Positions 61,602-64,000 of a stretch of 64,000 bases of DNA are shown piece by piece. The stretch spans positions 15,686,001 to 15,750,000 of the forward strand of contig OZ024740.1 of the NCBI GenBank assembly GCA_964016885.1, written 5' to 3'. Position numbers and translations under genes: made by a program. Source of the stretch: Eledone cirrhosa. Its lineage: Eukaryota. Below the pieces are notes generated by a model. That model did not search any database and had not been told where the DNA came from. It worked only from the letters and a program-made list of their open reading frames with translations. Each line of letters starts with the position of its first letter. The stretch's first letter is position 1.

Positions 61602-61816
61602 TATAATAACTAGAAATTGATTAACATGATTAATTGGTGAAATATATTTCTTTAATGGAATATATACAGGGAAGATTAATCATATTAAAAGGTATATATT
61701 TTTGAAGTTCTAGTCAACTTTATTTAGTTACCTACCTAGCTATGTGTGGTTACACGCTTGTAAAAATTATCTCCTGTGATTATTCATGTTTATATATATG
61801 TTAAGCAATTTCTAGT

Positions 61817-61823
<7 letters not shown>
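61602..61823. repeat. 26-bp inverted repeat pair enclosing ~170 bp (MITE-like)
   Basis: TATAATAACTAGAAATTGATTAACAT (61602-61627) versus ATGTTAAGCAATTTCTAGTTATTATA (61798-61823), 1 mismatch. Confidence 0.65.
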
Positions 61824-61872
<49 letters not shown>

Positions 61873-62117
61873 TTGTATATATTTTATATTTATAAAGATT
61901 TATATATTATATATATATTTATATAATATGTATTTATATATATATATTCATACATATTTATTATTTATTTATTCAGAGGTTTAAGTTTGCAGTAAGCATT
62001 GTATATTGAATATACAAAAGACACAATGTAATATCATAGAGTATATATAGGCCTTAATATATACACTCTCACAACATAATATATATACACTATATATAGG
62101 GCTAGATACAATCACAC

Positions 62118-62184
<67 letters not shown>

Positions 62185-62631
62185 ACACACACACACACAT
62201 ATATATATATTTCCAGGGGTCCGGGTATAATTTTCAATCATATTTTATTATTTGTTTGACCCGAATAGCTTGCTCGCTTCTATGACTTTGCGGATAATGG
62301 TTTAACCATCGCCTCAGTGTGTTTCGCCTTTTAACATACGTTGTTGTTCTAGTTCACTAGTTTCTATGGAGCGCTTGCCACACATCTCAAAAGTTGTTTT
62401 TCACTAATTTCCAATAGCCGAAATGCGATTCTCGCTAATTTATATTTAATATTTCAAGGGCAACCAAGACAACATTGGTACGCTTTCATCAGATGAAATA
62501 CGAAGTTTGTTTTATAAATAGAGACATACCCATGAAAATCATACCTTATCGGTTGGAAATTCACTGGATAGTAAAATCAGTTATAAACATTTATATTTGT
62601 CGGACTTCCAACAAATTAAATACCACTTCTA

Positions 62632-62633
<2 letters not shown>

Positions 62634-62712
<79 letters not shown>

Positions 62713-62857
62713 ATATGTATGTATATGTGTATACACAAGTGTGTGCATGAACGTGTATGATTAAATATATACTAACACACAACTTAATATATATATGTGT
62801 GTGTTTATGTATGTATGTGTATGTATGATTAAATATATACAAACACACAATTTTGTG

Positions 62858-62892
<35 letters not shown>

Positions 62893-63364
62893 ATAAAAAG
62901 GAAAGATAGAGGGGGAGAGAGAGATGAGAGGGAGAGAGAGAAAGCAATTCATATAAATATACATAGATCCATATATGTGTCTATATATTGTGTGTATGTG
63001 TGTGTATCTATGTACCAATACATCTATGTATGTATGAATATGTGTATGTATGTATATATGAATGTATGTGTGTATGTGTGTATGCATGTATGTATCTATG
63101 AATGTATGTATGAATATGTATGTATGTATGTATGTATGTATCTATGAATGTATGTATGTATATATGTATATATATATGAATATGTATGTATATATGTATA
63201 TATGTATGTATGTATATATGTATATATGTATATATATATATATATGTATATATGTATATATGTATATATGTATGTTTTGCAAATATGTATGTATATATGT
63301 ATGTATATATGTATGTATATATGTATGTATATATGTATATATGTATGTATGTATATATGTATAT
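62634..63364. repeat. (TA)n/(TATG)n/(TG)n compound microsatellite
   Basis: Direct reading. Confidence 0.9.
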
Positions 63365-63376
63365 ATGTCAGGTCAC

Positions 63377-63712
63377 CAATGATGTTGACTGGTTCTTCTT
63401 TTTGGTAAATATCATCTTGGTTAAGAGAGTGGGACTGGCTTTGTGCAGTGCCTTTGCTCACTATAAAAGCTTCACGGCACAGGCATTGCTTTATATCTGG
63501 AGATCTCTCTGCACTTGTCGTCACATGGTACCATGGGCCCAGCACTGTGTCAATAATTGTCACAGGTGTAGTGTTTGTACCAGAGTTTTCAAGTCGCTGA
63601 CTGGACTAAAAAGTCACTCGTTCAGCGCATCGGTAGGGGTTCTCCTACATGGATATAAAGTAGTGGTCGTACTCGAAAACGAGTTGGCAGCAACCATGTA
63701 TGTATCTATGTA
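63377..63712 (+). mobile_element. Bipartite non-autonomous RTE derivative (5'UTR part fused to 3' end), TSD-flanked
   Basis: 63377-63490 resembles RTE 5'UTR 54552-54669. 63567-63617 encodes [17 protein letters not shown]. The 3' end GGTCGTACTCGAAAACGAGTTGGCAGCAACCAT resembles 58571-58603. (ATGT)n tail. Direct repeat ATGTCAGGTCAC at 63365-63376 and 63713-63724. Confidence 0.78.
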
Positions 63713-63908
63713 ATGTCAGGTCACTCTTGAGTGCTACTGGTAACATGTAAACCAGTACAACCTGTCGCATGGTCGGGTCGTCGGCGGCTAAACTGGCAAC
63801 CCCACCAAGTTTACTTGGTAAGGAGGCTGACTTTGGACATCCTGCAGGACTAAAAACAAAACCTGACAAAGGGCGGAAGAACTGATAAGAGTCAACGGTC
63901 ATCCAAAA
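63713..63908 (+). mobile_element. Probable older interspersed repeat (possibly a LINE 5'UTR-like sequence) that hosted the bipartite insertion
   Basis: Complex GC-balanced island between microsatellites with a small hairpin TACTGGT..ACCAGTA. Family assignment is by resemblance only. Confidence 0.35.
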
Positions 63909-64000
63909 ATGTGTAAATATGTATATACACATGTACATATGTATGTGTATGTATGTGCGTGTGTATATGCCTGGGGTGTCATGGAGGGGCATGTACCTCT

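Overview
Eukaryotic, repeat-saturated genomic DNA, probably an octopod cephalopod (inferred from recalled SINE and LINE family resemblance, not verified). There are no prokaryotic operons, rRNA, tRNA genes or CRISPR arrays. The window holds: (1) a ~24 kb TG-rich compound satellite with kb-scale higher-order duplications, followed by a Helitron-type 3' end (hairpin + CTAG|T at 24516-24545); (2) 47-, 41- and 29-bp minisatellites, the 41-bp array split by a decayed Tx1-clade LINE (minus strand, ~25461-29445); (3) several tRNA-derived SINEs, a mariner-type MITE and many microsatellites; (4) a ~13.2 kb array of 49-bp units (~268 copies) with an interspersed variant code, possibly expanded inside a terminal exon of an unidentified minus-strand gene; (5) two more Tx1 fragments flanking an isolated first coding exon resembling RMND5/GID2; (6) an apparently intact RTE-clade LINE (1181 aa: APE, RT and three C2H2 fingers); (7) fold-back palindromic elements in (TA)n; (8) a TSD-flanked bipartite RTE derivative. 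Almost all ORFs in the supplied track are translation artefacts of simple repeats. I found no clearly new biological system; the leads below are hypotheses.
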